Shown here piece by piece: positions 1 through 10,473 of a stretch of 64,000 nucleotides of DNA. Position numbers and translations under genes: made by a program. Positions within the stretch are counted from its first letter, which is position 1. Each line of letters opens with the position of its first letter. The notes under the pieces are model-generated. The model was not told the DNA's origin, searched no databases, and was given only the letters and a program-made list of their open reading frames with translations. Source of the DNA: Candidatus Latescibacterota bacterium (lineage in GTDB: Bacteria; Latescibacterota; CBDEFO01); assembly GCA_965248755.1 (NCBI GenBank), contig OZ252149.1:480001-544000 (forward strand), written 5' to 3'.

Positions 1-1031
1 AGTTCGACTTCCGCCTCCCTTAAGTACCTTGCGGCGTCCTCAGGCAGAGTGGGATTGATGTAAAATCCGGTTCCCCACTCAAAGCCTGCTACCTTTGTCA
101 GCCTCGGGATGATCTCAATATGCCAGTGGAAATCGAACTCCAGAGTTCCCCAGTAGCCGGGTCTTCTGGGTCCTGCCTCCGTGTTCGGAGCCGTATGCAG
201 CATAAAATTATACGGTGGATCTGAAAGACTTACCTTCAATTTGGCTAAAATATCCTTCAAACTCTCACATAGTGCCCCTATCTGGTCCTCTTGTATATCC
301 CCAAAATCATGAGAATGCCGGGTTGGAGCTAAAAAAACCTCAAACGGGAACCTGGATGCGTACGGAGCTATCGCCACAAAGTCTTCGTTTTCCATGATAA
401 CTCTCTCCCCCGACGAAATCTCCTGATTTATAACGTCGCAGAAGAGACATCTTTCCTTTAGCATATAATGATCCTTGGCCGAATTGAGCTCCTGAGCCAT
501 GATCTTAGGAGTAACTGGAGTTGCTATCAGTTGAGTGTGAGGGTGAGAAAGCGACGCGCCGGCAACTTCCCCGTAGTTTTTGAATATAAGGATATACCTG
601 AACCTTGGATCCTTCTTGAGGTCGTTCAATCGGTACTTATAAGCTTTCACCACGAGTTTTAGATCCTCTAAAGGCATATCTGCCATATTCACAGTGTGGT
701 CAGGTGTCTCGATCACCACCTCATGTGCACCAACGCCGTTCATAACATCGAATATACCGACGCCCCTTCGGTCCAAATCTCCTTCGATTCTCAAAGCTGC
801 AAACTTATTGGGAACTACCCTCACCTTCCACCCCGGAGAGTTAAGTTCTGTCCCTTTATCCCTGAAGGCGAATATCTCGGGAGGCGTCTTATCCTCATTT
901 CCACCGCAGAAGGGACAGAAATCCGGCATCGGTTCCTCGGCGGTTATATTGAAGTCTGAGGGTCTCCGTGCCCTTTCTGTAGATATTATAACCCATCTTC
1001 TCTGTATGGGGTCGTGCCTCAATTCTGGCAT
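1..1031 (-). CDS. galT: Galactose-1-phosphate uridylyltransferase (GalT/HIT family); stop lies outside the window
   Basis: Read manually from ATG 1031: MPELRHDPIQRRWVIISTERARRP, active-site AGASLSHPHTQL, C-terminal WHIEIIPRLTKVAGFEWGTG. Not in the ORF track because it runs off the edge. Confidence 0.92.
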   Translation of the reverse strand, partial: MPELRHDPIQRRWVIISTERARRPSDFNITAEEPMPDFCPFCGGNEDKTPPEIFAFRDKGTELNSPGWKVRVVPNKFAALRIEGDLDRRGVGIFDVMNGVGAHEVVIETPDHTVNMADMPLEDLKLVVKAYKYRLNDLKKDPRFRYILIFKNYGEVAGASLSHPHTQLIATPVTPKIMAQELNSAKDHYMLKERCLFCDVINQEISSGERVIMENEDFVAIAPYASRFPFEVFLAPTRHSHDFGDIQEDQIGALCESLKDILAKLKVSLSDPPYNFMLHTAPNTEAGPRRPGYWGTLEFDFHWHIEIIPRLTKVAGFEWGTGFYINPTLPEDAARYLREAEVE

Positions 1032-1072
1032 ATTAACACCTCAGATCCCCGACCCCTGATTTAATCGGGGGT

Positions 1073-3235
1073 TCAATCGGCGACCAAAACACAAAACTCA
1101 AAGTTGCATTCCCATCTATCTTCAGGACCTATCCCTATCTTCCAATTGGGAAACACAACGGAGCTTTGATATGTTCTTTCAAAGCCTTTTTCCGATTGCG
1201 AAACTGTCTCCACAGGAAAACGCCATACGTCTGTCTTTCTATCAAATTTTAACGACACAGTCAAATTCCGATCATCGTCGTCTAAATCTATCCTATCTAT
1301 TCCTTCAACAGCTCCTGTGCTTCCTAAACTGCTATCCTCTAAGTCCACTTGTAAATCCCGACTCCGGATCTCGTAGTGCCTTGCTGGTCCCTCTCCTGAT
1401 AGAAATGAAAAATTAAACTCCACGCCGAACCAGAGTTCTACATCCGTATCCAAAGGGTTTTCAATAACGTAGCGCACATCCACTTGGGCGTTAGATTTAG
1501 ACATCTTAAGCTTCTTGGACACCGTCAGAGGTTGTTTCTTTTGTCCGTATATCCCCCCATCTCTTCGCATTGACACCTCTTTGCCACCATTTTGATCCTT
1601 AATATCGTACAAATAAGGTTGATTCACAAAATCTCCCAACTCCGGGTACTCGCACGCCTTGAATCCTTCAAGTGAGGCCCCTTCTCCCAGGAAATGATCC
1701 AGAAAGCACACTCTGTTGTACCAGTCATATTTGAGATAACGCTCGATTCCCTCCTCCGTCACCTTAGCCAGGTCGTGAATACTGCCAGGCCCTTCATACT
1801 GTTTGCCCTCCACTTCTACCTCATACCTGCCCTCTGCGATATCCCTATGATAGCTTTCAGGCCTCCTTGACAGAGTGTTCACCAGATTGAAATCTCTCGG
1901 CTTGTAGTCCAATTCAAAGAGTGACCCGCCGTAGGAAGGATCAAGATACAGATTCATCAGGCCGTTGCTCAAGATAACCTCATCCTTTCCATCCCCGTCA
2001 AAATCCAGCTCCTCGGACTCAATCCAATCTCCTGAACCTTTTTCCTCTTCATCGGAGATCCTTTCGGCCCTTATAAGGTGTCTGTAAACGGCGTCCCTTA
2101 GATGAGGCAGATAGAGACCTCCGAACACGCCGTGCCAGTAAGCACAGTTACACTGCCCTTTCCATAGTTCCCTTATAGCTTCTCCCTCCCCTTTTAAATC
2201 GGCTTTCCTGCTCACAGAGAGCATCTTTTTGTGCATATTGTTGCTCTCATCGTACTTGGCCAGGAACCCCCTCCAGAATCCGCCCTTTAAGAACACCTTA
2301 TACTTTTCTATCTCTCCTTTGTCCTTCAAATCCTCCACAATATCCTCAAGCTCCGCTGCCTTTTGAGATGGGAGAGTCCATTGGCTCATCTCAAAATAAG
2401 AGGCTGTCGGGAGGTATGCCCTGCCTGAAGCTGGATGCTTATCGGTGAAGTCCGAAAAGGTAGTGGTATTAATCCAATCGCTGTTCTCCTCCAAAGCACA
2501 AAAGAACTTCTCCAGCCACTTCTCCTTATAGACCCAATCGTAAGTCTTGGGCCATAGGCCGAACTTCTCTCCGTCATCAACGATCACCGATAACCTGTCT
2601 CGATTCAGAGAGGCCGGATCGCTCTCAGTGGCCATCTCTCGTAGATAATCGACTGTAAATTCTGGCAACTTGAACGGAATTCCGTATCTCAGCCTTTCGC
2701 TTATCGGAAAGATAGAGAGCACATACCCCTGTTCTTCAGTATTGAAATATCCGTAGAGTTCCTCTTCGTTGAATCCGGCGCTTTTGAAGTGATAATCGTC
2801 GAGGGCTACATACTTTATCCCCGCCTCAGCCAGCGGCTTGGATAGGTGAGGCTCCCATACCCTTTCAGGCAGCCACATCCCCCTTGCCTCGTACCCGAAC
2901 CTATCCTTGATGTAATCAGTCAACATCTGTATTTGACCTATCTTATCTCTGTCGGGGATAATAGGCATAATAGGCTCGTAGAATCCCCCGGTCATCATCT
3001 CGACTTGTCCTCTATCTACTAACTCTTTCAGCATAGCGATAAACTCAGGTCTCTTTTGCTCTATCCATTCCAGAAGACAGCCGGAATAGTGCAGAACCAT
3101 CTTTATAGAGGGGTGCCTTGAAAGGATCTGGATAAAGGGCAGATACGACTTTTCGTAGGCCATTTGAAAGACAGAGTCAAAATTCCCCACTGGTTGATGG
3201 CAGTGTATCCCGAATATGAGATTTATCCTCTTCAT
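1073..3235 (-). CDS. GH57 4-alpha-glucanotransferase / alpha-amylase
   Basis: HCHQP, GMWLPERVW, DDGEKFG, CNCAYWHGVFGGLY motifs. Start at 3235 gives an ATGA overlap with the upstream stop. Confidence 0.9.
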   Translation of the reverse strand: MKRINLIFGIHCHQPVGNFDSVFQMAYEKSYLPFIQILSRHPSIKMVLHYSGCLLEWIEQKRPEFIAMLKELVDRGQVEMMTGGFYEPIMPIIPDRDKIGQIQMLTDYIKDRFGYEARGMWLPERVWEPHLSKPLAEAGIKYVALDDYHFKSAGFNEEELYGYFNTEEQGYVLSIFPISERLRYGIPFKLPEFTVDYLREMATESDPASLNRDRLSVIVDDGEKFGLWPKTYDWVYKEKWLEKFFCALEENSDWINTTTFSDFTDKHPASGRAYLPTASYFEMSQWTLPSQKAAELEDIVEDLKDKGEIEKYKVFLKGGFWRGFLAKYDESNNMHKKMLSVSRKADLKGEGEAIRELWKGQCNCAYWHGVFGGLYLPHLRDAVYRHLIRAERISDEEEKGSGDWIESEELDFDGDGKDEVILSNGLMNLYLDPSYGGSLFELDYKPRDFNLVNTLSRRPESYHRDIAEGRYEVEVEGKQYEGPGSIHDLAKVTEEGIERYLKYDWYNRVCFLDHFLGEGASLEGFKACEYPELGDFVNQPYLYDIKDQNGGKEVSMRRDGGIYGQKKQPLTVSKKLKMSKSNAQVDVRYVIENPLDTDVELWFGVEFNFSFLSGEGPARHYEIRSRDLQVDLEDSSLGSTGAVEGIDRIDLDDDDRNLTVSLKFDRKTDVWRFPVETVSQSEKGFERTYQSSVVFPNWKIGIGPEDRWECNFEFCVLVAD

Positions 3236-5436
3236 ACGTACCACATCGTCTCCAGAAAATCCTTCCCGGGGACCTCTACTGTCATGGCTCCGTGCAGAGG
3301 CCACACCTCCGTCTGTGAACCACCCTTCACAACGTATATCCTTACCCCAACGCTCTCTCCCTTCGACGCTCCTAGGGTGTCAAACGGCACCTTTACCTCG
3401 AACACCTTATCTACTCCTACTTCGATATCTGGGAAGTTCTTATTGTTATTCTCAAGGGACATATCGAGTCTCAATCTATCTTTCCCCACAACCTCTATCG
3501 CGACAGAGATGCCTTCATCTCTCATCTGGTCGGGACTTATTGTCGTATCCACTCTCAGATAGAGATTCTCTAGATCGAAGCCGTAATGCACGTTCTTCAA
3601 AATCGTTCCTCCTCGATGCATCGAACCCCTTTCGCCACCCACAGTTTGGCATCCTGCGCTCAACCACTCATAGTACCCTGTCACCTTCCCATCTATAACG
3701 GGGAATATGAAATCCACAGGCTCCTTGAAAGGGAGTCGCTTCTCCACCTTTGTAAGAGGAACATCCAGATATCCCGGGGGTTCTTCGCCTATCAACCGGT
3801 AGAAATTCTTCAGATGACCTCTGAAGAGACAGTCGAACTGCTCATCGTGTGATGACGAATGATCGGCCCCGTACCACCAGAACCAGTCGCTTCCCTGGGC
3901 GATATAGATCTCATCTTGCGCTCTTTTTACTGCACGAGATCCCCTCCGATTAAATCGGGGGGGATCCTCTTTCAGACTGTCCAGTTCATCACCAGCCATT
4001 TTCAGATACTCCCAGCCCCTATTCTCCTCTTCGTCGCCTATCCAGGTCCCGAAATTGGCGTCTATCCACGAACCCGGAAATATCCTGTTCAAACGCGTCC
4101 CTTCAGGGTGCATCTTTAGAAAAGAATTAAAAGTTATAGTCTTTAATCCTTGGGTGTTACTCAGCTTCTTGTACAGCGCCCTTAGAAACTCGGCTCCATT
4201 TTCCCTGTAATTCTCCCAGGCGTTCTCACCATCCAATATTATCGAAACTATGTGCGCTCCGCTGTCTGCCTCAATGCCGTCTCTTATATTCAAAAGCCGC
4301 CCCACGAAGTCCTCCGCCGCTTTTTTGGCATCCCATGTTTGATACACAAACCCTATAAGGTCGGACAATTTGTGGTCTCTGAAGAAGAGCTTTATGTCCC
4401 CGATTGACTCCCCCCCGATTAAATCGTGGGTTAAATCCGAGGCCGGGGATTTGTCTCCATCTCCGAAGCTGTACATCCGAAAGGGCGTTCCGCTTTTTCC
4501 GTTTAGCTTGAGAGACTCCCTCAAAACTCCGTCGTCACTTGCCATCCAATCTATCCCCAAACCGGCGGCGATATTCCCAACTTCCTGGCTTATCGAACCT
4601 TCAGATGGCCACATTCCAGAAGGAGTTTTTCCGAGAATCCTATTGTGAAACTCTAAAGCTTCCACAATCTGAGCCCTGGCATCCCCTGGCCTTTTTAACT
4701 TCAAGCGGGGGAGCTTCGCTTGCGGAAGACCCTCCCTTGCTGAATCAGTATCGCACAAAAGCGGCAATATGGGATGATAAAAGGGACTAGTAGATATTTC
4801 GATCCTTTCTTCATCCCACAATCTTCTGTAAATCTGGGTTATCTTGCCTATAATTTCTCTTTCCAACTCAAGGAGGCCCCTCTTATCGTCTTCAGAATAG
4901 CCCCTTCCCTTCCTCAAAAGTTCCACTATCTGATCTTTCTCTTTCAGACTATTCCCGCACCACGCCAGATTGAAGCAGACCTGAAGGTCCAGAAAATCCT
5001 CCTTCTTAAACCTCTGTACTGCCCTTTCCAGATTATCCACGTCCCTACGTCTCATCGCATAGAGTTCATAATATCTCTTAAAGGGTTTTATCATATTCTC
5101 AAAATTTGCGTGGAAGAAATTTTCCAAGATAAAGACCTTATCATCCAAAGAGAGTTCTTCGGCCTCCTTTTTCGTCAGCTCCAAGAATTTATCGCTGGCC
5201 TTTCCCTCAGCGTAATCCTTCAACTGGACTAAAAGCGATGGGACCAAATTAAACGTCACCCTCACCTCCTCGCATTCATCCACGATAGCTGCCATATCGT
5301 AATAATCCTTAATACCGTGCAGATACACCCATGGTAGAATGTACTCCCCTGAGGAAAGGTCCTTATAAAATGGCTGGTGCATGTGCCACAAAAACGCCAC
5401 ATAGAGCGGATCTCCCGATTTTGTCGAAGCATCCAC
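3232..5436 (-). CDS. GH57 amylopullulanase-type glycoside hydrolase
   Basis: WHMHQP, HPILPLL, GMWPSEG, LDGENAWE, GSDWFWW motifs. Confidence 0.9.
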   Translation of the reverse strand: MDASTKSGDPLYVAFLWHMHQPFYKDLSSGEYILPWVYLHGIKDYYDMAAIVDECEEVRVTFNLVPSLLVQLKDYAEGKASDKFLELTKKEAEELSLDDKVFILENFFHANFENMIKPFKRYYELYAMRRRDVDNLERAVQRFKKEDFLDLQVCFNLAWCGNSLKEKDQIVELLRKGRGYSEDDKRGLLELEREIIGKITQIYRRLWDEERIEISTSPFYHPILPLLCDTDSAREGLPQAKLPRLKLKRPGDARAQIVEALEFHNRILGKTPSGMWPSEGSISQEVGNIAAGLGIDWMASDDGVLRESLKLNGKSGTPFRMYSFGDGDKSPASDLTHDLIGGESIGDIKLFFRDHKLSDLIGFVYQTWDAKKAAEDFVGRLLNIRDGIEADSGAHIVSIILDGENAWENYRENGAEFLRALYKKLSNTQGLKTITFNSFLKMHPEGTRLNRIFPGSWIDANFGTWIGDEEENRGWEYLKMAGDELDSLKEDPPRFNRRGSRAVKRAQDEIYIAQGSDWFWWYGADHSSSHDEQFDCLFRGHLKNFYRLIGEEPPGYLDVPLTKVEKRLPFKEPVDFIFPVIDGKVTGYYEWLSAGCQTVGGERGSMHRGGTILKNVHYGFDLENLYLRVDTTISPDQMRDEGISVAIEVVGKDRLRLDMSLENNNKNFPDIEVGVDKVFEVKVPFDTLGASKGESVGVRIYVVKGGSQTEVWPLHGAMTVEVPGKDFLETMWYV

Positions 5437-5437
5437 T

Positions 5438-6670
5438 CTATTTCTCCCTCCTGACTTCCACCTTCAAAACCCTCCTGTCGGTCGCATTCACAACCCTGAA
5501 CCATACGCCCTCTTGTGACATAGTCTCCCCTACCTTGGGTATCCTTCCGAAAAACGAGATGAGCATTCCGCCTATCGTCTCGTAATCCTCCTTTTCAATC
5601 TTCAAGCCAAGTTTTTCGTTCAATTCATCTATCTCCATCCTACCTTCTACGACTACTGCATCCCTTGTGAGCTCAATTCCGCTTGATCTATCGTATTCAT
5701 CCTCTATTTCTCCCACGACTTCCTCTACAATATCTTCCAAGGTTACTATCCCGGAGATTCCCCCATACTCATCCACGACCGTACCCATATGCTTCCCGTT
5801 GGCCCTTAGATCGGCCAGAACTTCCTCGGCGCTTTTCGTCTCAGGTACGATATAGACGTCGTCCATGACCTCTTGAACAGGGGCATTTTCGTCCAACCCT
5901 ATTAGATCGACGGCGTGAACCATGCCCACCACATTATCCACTCTGTCTCTATAGACCGGAATCCTCGAATGTCCCGTCTGGATCATCAATTTTGCAGTAT
6001 GACCAACATTTTCAGCCACAGACACAGCCACAATATCTATCAGGGGGACCATAATCTCCCTAGTTCTGAGCTCCCCAAAGTGGAATATATGGTGGATCAT
6101 TCTTCTTTCATCTCTGTGCAGAGCTCCGTGCCTTTCACCCTCCCTTACGAGTATCTGAATCTCATCTCTGGTGACAAAAGGGCTTTTATTTTTGACATCG
6201 ACGCCAACTATCTTGGCAATAAGATTTGAAATAGAAGTAACAATCGCCACAATGGGGAGCATGGCAAAATACGACACCTTCAGAGGAAAGATTGTTACGA
6301 GGACCAACCTGTCGGCATACTGCCTTGCCAGGGACATCGGCACTATCTCGCCGAAGATAAGGATCAGAGGCCACATAATCGCTGCAGAGACTATAGCCAC
6401 AAGGTCGTTGCTCACCCATTCGACCGCCAGGCTCGCAGCGACTGCAGACCCTGCGACAATAGGCAAGTTCACTCCCACCATCGTAGCTGCCAAGAATTTC
6501 TGTGGCTCATCCAAAAAATCCACGGCAACCTTTGCCAGCCTGTTACCGCTTTCGGACAGATGGCGCAATTTTAGCCTGTTGCAGGAGAGCATAACCATCT
6601 CAACTCCGCTAAAAAACGCCTGTGTTACCAGGCACATAAGGATGATGATTATTCCTGTAAGTTCACTCAA
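5438..6670 (-). CDS. CorB/CNNM (HlyC/CorC) Mg2+/Co2+ transporter, DUF21-CBS-CorC
   Basis: [32 protein letters not shown] motifs. TTG 6670 follows an AAGGAG RBS. Confidence 0.88.
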   Translation of the reverse strand: MSELTGIIIILMCLVTQAFFSGVEMVMLSCNRLKLRHLSESGNRLAKVAVDFLDEPQKFLAATMVGVNLPIVAGSAVAASLAVEWVSNDLVAIVSAAIMWPLILIFGEIVPMSLARQYADRLVLVTIFPLKVSYFAMLPIVAIVTSISNLIAKIVGVDVKNKSPFVTRDEIQILVREGERHGALHRDERRMIHHIFHFGELRTREIMVPLIDIVAVSVAENVGHTAKLMIQTGHSRIPVYRDRVDNVVGMVHAVDLIGLDENAPVQEVMDDVYIVPETKSAEEVLADLRANGKHMGTVVDEYGGISGIVTLEDIVEEVVGEIEDEYDRSSGIELTRDAVVVEGRMEIDELNEKLGLKIEKEDYETIGGMLISFFGRIPKVGETMSQEGVWFRVVNATDRRVLKVEVRREK

Positions 6671-6726
6671 AGTATCCGGCGCTCTCCTTTTTAACAATTA
6701 AGTGGCCAGGCGTGCCCCCGCCGCTA

Positions 6727-6810
6727 AGATTGCTTGGGTCTTAGGTCCCCTCGCAATGATCGAAGAGAAAGCCAAACGATGTCATCGCGAGCAACAGCAA
6801 AGCTATTTCT
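6727..6810. repeat. Palindromic repeat family A (AGATTGCTTCG..CCTCGCAATGAC / GTCATTGCGAG..CGAAGCAATCT), degenerate copy
   Basis: Arms AGATTGCTT..CCTCGCAATGAT and GTCATCGCGAG..AAGCTATTTCT match the copies at 13133 and 16299. Confidence 0.7.
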
Positions 6811-6848
6811 TAAACAGGACATCACCTCCCTGCGTACTTTCCACTTGT

Positions 6849-8123
6849 TTAATCTGTGTCCTCTGAAGAAAGTTCCCCCTGATCTTTTAGCTTTCTGACT
6901 TCAACCAAATGTATCCTGTTTGCCTCTGCCTCTGTAACCACAAACTCCATATTATCGTGCACTAACTTATACCCTACATCAGGTATCTTTCCCAGGCGAC
7001 CAATTATAAATCCTCCAATTGTCTTATGAGCCTCGTCCTGAAGATTCGTACCAAATACCTCGTTGAAGGCGTCAAGCTCTATTTGGCCGGCTACCCTCAC
7101 GGTCATCGAATCAATCCTTTCAAACAAAGTATCCGTTTCCTCTTTATCAGCTACCTTGCCGAATATTTCCTCCAAAAGGTCCTCCATAGTGACTAAACCC
7201 GACACAGAGCCGTACTCATCCACCGCCAGAGCGATGTGGATTCTATCCCGCCTGAATTCCCTCAGAATCTCTCCTGCCCGCTTTTGCTCAGGCACGAACG
7301 ACACAGAGCGCAGTCTCCTGCTCATCTCAAAGTCATCTTTGCCCTTAGCTCCTAAAAGGTCCTTAGCGTAGAGGATCCCGACCACATTGTCAAAATCACC
7401 CTTGTAGACCGGTATCCTGGAATATCTTTTCTCCCTTATCGAACTTATAACTTCATCTATAGGGGAGTCTATATCCAGCGTGAACATCTGAGTCTTGGGA
7501 CTCATCACGTCTGCGGCCCTTTTTTTTCCCAGGTCTATCACCCGTTGCATCATCTCTTTTTCCTTTAGATCGAGCACACCTTCCTGCCCTCCCGCCTCAA
7601 GAGCAACCTTCAATTCCTCCTCCGTAATTCCCGATTCAGGGGGAGGTTCCCCCATGCTTACCAGCCTGATTATAAGGTCCACAATCGCTCTTACCAATCT
7701 CCTCACCGGAAATATGACTTTCGACACCGTGCTTATGATGGGCGCCACTGTAAAAGAAATTCGCTCGGCGTTATGAATTGCTATTGTCTTGGGGGCGATC
7801 TCTCCGAACACTAATATCAAAAAGCCCATAACGACGATAGATATTTCCAGCCCCATCTCGCCTAAAACCCGCTCGGCTATACGCTCGGCTAGAGTTGAAG
7901 AATAGATATTCACAAACATGTTCACCGACAAGATAGAGATCAAGACTCTCCGTGGGTTCTTTAAAAGTTCCACTATGAGCTTACCCTTCTTATCCTCCTC
8001 CTGTTCAAACCTTTCTAATCTCACCTGGCTTAAAGAGAAAAGCGCGCACTCAGAACCTGAGAAGAACGCTGATAAAAAAAGCAGGATTACCAAGATCAAT
8101 AATTGAAGCCATAGATATTCCAT
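6849..8123 (-). CDS. CorB/CNNM (HlyC/CorC) transporter, second paralog
   Basis: FFSGSE, FGEIAPK, YSRIPV, VDEYG, TMEDLLEE motifs. Confidence 0.9.
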   Translation of the reverse strand: MEYLWLQLLILVILLFLSAFFSGSECALFSLSQVRLERFEQEEDKKGKLIVELLKNPRRVLISILSVNMFVNIYSSTLAERIAERVLGEMGLEISIVVMGFLILVFGEIAPKTIAIHNAERISFTVAPIISTVSKVIFPVRRLVRAIVDLIIRLVSMGEPPPESGITEEELKVALEAGGQEGVLDLKEKEMMQRVIDLGKKRAADVMSPKTQMFTLDIDSPIDEVISSIREKRYSRIPVYKGDFDNVVGILYAKDLLGAKGKDDFEMSRRLRSVSFVPEQKRAGEILREFRRDRIHIALAVDEYGSVSGLVTMEDLLEEIFGKVADKEETDTLFERIDSMTVRVAGQIELDAFNEVFGTNLQDEAHKTIGGFIIGRLGKIPDVGYKLVHDNMEFVVTEAEANRIHLVEVRKLKDQGELSSEDTD

Positions 8124-8223
8124 TTTCGGAACCTATGATAAAAAAAGGCGTTAAAAGGCCGACGGACTCTGTCAAAGATTATATCGACTCTTCAAACACC
8201 TCCACCAACAAGCGTTCAGCCCT

Positions 8224-9339
8224 TTAGAAAAATACGTGAAGTTCAAAGGTTAACCGATCTTCACTTTCCCGGGGTCTCTGAGGGATACTATCATTGATGC
8301 GGTAAAACACTCTCAACTGAAGAAACTGGGTTATGAAGGGTTCCAAGCCAATGGTTACCCTTTCGCTTTCGTCCTCATCAACTTCGGGATCTGCATCGAA
8401 AAATCGGTCCCAGAAATCGTAAGTCACCTTGAGGTTGATACCCTTTGTAATCAAAAAGTCAAGTTCCCCCAAAAGGACAAGCTCCTTTCCAAAACGGTCG
8501 TCTCTGTCACTATCTATAAAGTCTAACTCGCTTAAAAGAGTCAATCTTCCGAAATTTGCTCCCGCAAAGTGTCCATATACCTTCCTGGTCGTTCCGGGGA
8601 GCTTGTTCCTTGAAAACGATCCCCCGAACCTGAAATGTCTGAAAACAACAGAACCTATCAAGGACACCTGCTTACTCCTGTTGTCGTCAGATAATCCCCG
8701 TCCGGACCCGTTGCTTAGAGCTACGCTAAAAGAAAAAGGTCCGGGCTCTATGCCGCCTTCTATACCGAAATCTTGTTTTTTGTAGTTAAATCCTGTCTTT
8801 ATCCTTATAAATGCGTCATCGTCTAAAAGCCTTAATCCGAACGGGAGCAGCATCCTTCCCGCCTTGAAATAGCCCCTCAAGGGCAGATTGTATAAAATCC
8901 CGTATGCCTCCCTGTTGCTGGCACCCGACGGACCGAAGTTCTCATCCACATACAAAGTCAGAAAATCCTTTATAAGTTTCATCTCCACATAAGCGTTTGC
9001 GGTTCCGATCTCTATGCTGTTATCGTTTTCTCTATCCACTCCGAATATCGTCTGGTTATTAACCCTCAAGTCCGCGCCCAAGGATATATAATCGTTTAGC
9101 CTGTTGTCAAAAAGGGCCTCATTAGAGCGTTTGACAAATCTGTGGGGCAGACGAATGTAGCTGTAAATCAGGCCGAAATCGGTCCTTTTTCCTCCTCCCG
9201 TCGGATTCACATGGCACTGGCTGCACTTGTATCCCGTCCTTGCTGCCAGATAAGGCTCAGCGCGGCAGAACTTTGGAAGAACCCCGGCGCCCAAAACTAG
9301 TATCCAGATCAGACACACAGTCTTTAAGTTTTTTTTCAC
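8224..9339 (-). CDS. Predicted outer-membrane beta-barrel protein with an N-terminal c-type heme motif
   Basis: Signal peptide, CSQCH motif, alternating amphipathic beta-strands, C-terminal Phe (LHVFF). GTG start after GGAGGG. Confidence 0.75.
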   Translation of the reverse strand: MKKNLKTVCLIWILVLGAGVLPKFCRAEPYLAARTGYKCSQCHVNPTGGGKRTDFGLIYSYIRLPHRFVKRSNEALFDNRLNDYISLGADLRVNNQTIFGVDRENDNSIEIGTANAYVEMKLIKDFLTLYVDENFGPSGASNREAYGILYNLPLRGYFKAGRMLLPFGLRLLDDDAFIRIKTGFNYKKQDFGIEGGIEPGPFSFSVALSNGSGRGLSDDNRSKQVSLIGSVVFRHFRFGGSFSRNKLPGTTRKVYGHFAGANFGRLTLLSELDFIDSDRDDRFGKELVLLGELDFLITKGINLKVTYDFWDRFFDADPEVDEDESERVTIGLEPFITQFLQLRVFYRINDSIPQRPRESEDRLTFELHVFF

Positions 9340-9366
9340 CTTCCCTCCTGTGACTCGTAGAAGGGT

Positions 9367-10473
9367 TCAATCATTCTTAGCTCCTCTTAATATCCACTCC
9401 TTTATCACATCTATTTGCTCCTGGGGCAGGGGTCGCTCACCGGAAAAGAAAGGCGGCATCTGAACTCCCACGATTCCGTTCCTGCCTTCCAACTTCCAGA
9501 TTATATAGCTGTTCTCAGGGTCGCCCGGTACGACTCTCAGGACTTCCGGTTTTCCCTCGCTATCGACCCCGACCAAATTCTCGAAGGACTTGCCCTTCAG
9601 CAAGGTGGGCCTTTGGCCTCCTGCGAAGTGGCAAAATATACATATTGCGCTAAATACATTTTCCTGAATAGCTGACAGCGTAGGCGGGAAGGGTCCGGGA
9701 ATCTGGACGCTGACGCTGATGTTGACCACCACACTCGATTCGTCGCTGTCATTGCTTATGATCTCTAACGCACCCGCACCTGATGTATCTTGGAGGAGTA
9801 ATGTGTTGATCACCAGCTTAAGGAGCATCGACCCACCTGGTGGTACTGTCTCATCAGATGACGCCAGGGGGGTGATCCAGGCGACAGTGGGGACGAGACT
9901 TATCAACACCAGATCGGCAGTTCCCCTGTTCTGGATAGTCACAGTAAGAGTGTCCGACTCTCCTTCCACTATTTCTGCGATAAGGTCAAGGGGGGCAACA
10001 TTTATCTCCGGCAGCGGCATCTCTGTGACGGTCAGTACGATTGCGATTGTCTCAGATGGACTCTCTGCGTCGTCGCTCATGATAGTCAGCGCACCCTCTG
10101 ATGAGCCGAGGGGAATGTCTGTCGCATCAATAATAATGAGGATCTCCATCGACTCGTCTTGGCCCAGCGCTTTGGAGGTCACACCCGGCGTGGCCCACGG
10201 CACATCCGAGCTGACACTCAAGACAGTCAGCGGAAACCCTCCCACGTTTGTGACCGTCAACGAGACTGTGTCGACCGTTTCCTGAGTCAGTGAAAGGCTG
10301 ACCTGTCCGGGTGCCACCTGGATCTGAGGCGGACCGAGAGGATTCCCCTGCGGATCCAAAGTGCTGCCGTCTCCGGAACAGGACAGAGCAGAAATAGCGA
10401 ACCACAACAATAGACAAAAAATCCAAACTACCCTATTTTCCGCCTTGATAGTCCCCTTCCTTCGTCTTCTCAT
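9367..10473 (-). CDS. Lipoprotein with two Ig-like repeats and a C-terminal monoheme cytochrome c domain
   Basis: Lipobox ALSC; repeats TVTNVGGFPLTV..VPW..GALTIMSDD and TIQNRGTADLVL..VAW..GALEIISND; CIFCH, VVPGDPENS, QMPP, IKEWI. Confidence 0.75.
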   Translation of the reverse strand: MRRRRKGTIKAENRVVWIFCLLLWFAISALSCSGDGSTLDPQGNPLGPPQIQVAPGQVSLSLTQETVDTVSLTVTNVGGFPLTVLSVSSDVPWATPGVTSKALGQDESMEILIIIDATDIPLGSSEGALTIMSDDAESPSETIAIVLTVTEMPLPEINVAPLDLIAEIVEGESDTLTVTIQNRGTADLVLISLVPTVAWITPLASSDETVPPGGSMLLKLVINTLLLQDTSGAGALEIISNDSDESSVVVNISVSVQIPGPFPPTLSAIQENVFSAICIFCHFAGGQRPTLLKGKSFENLVGVDSEGKPEVLRVVPGDPENSYIIWKLEGRNGIVGVQMPPFFSGERPLPQEQIDVIKEWILRGAKND

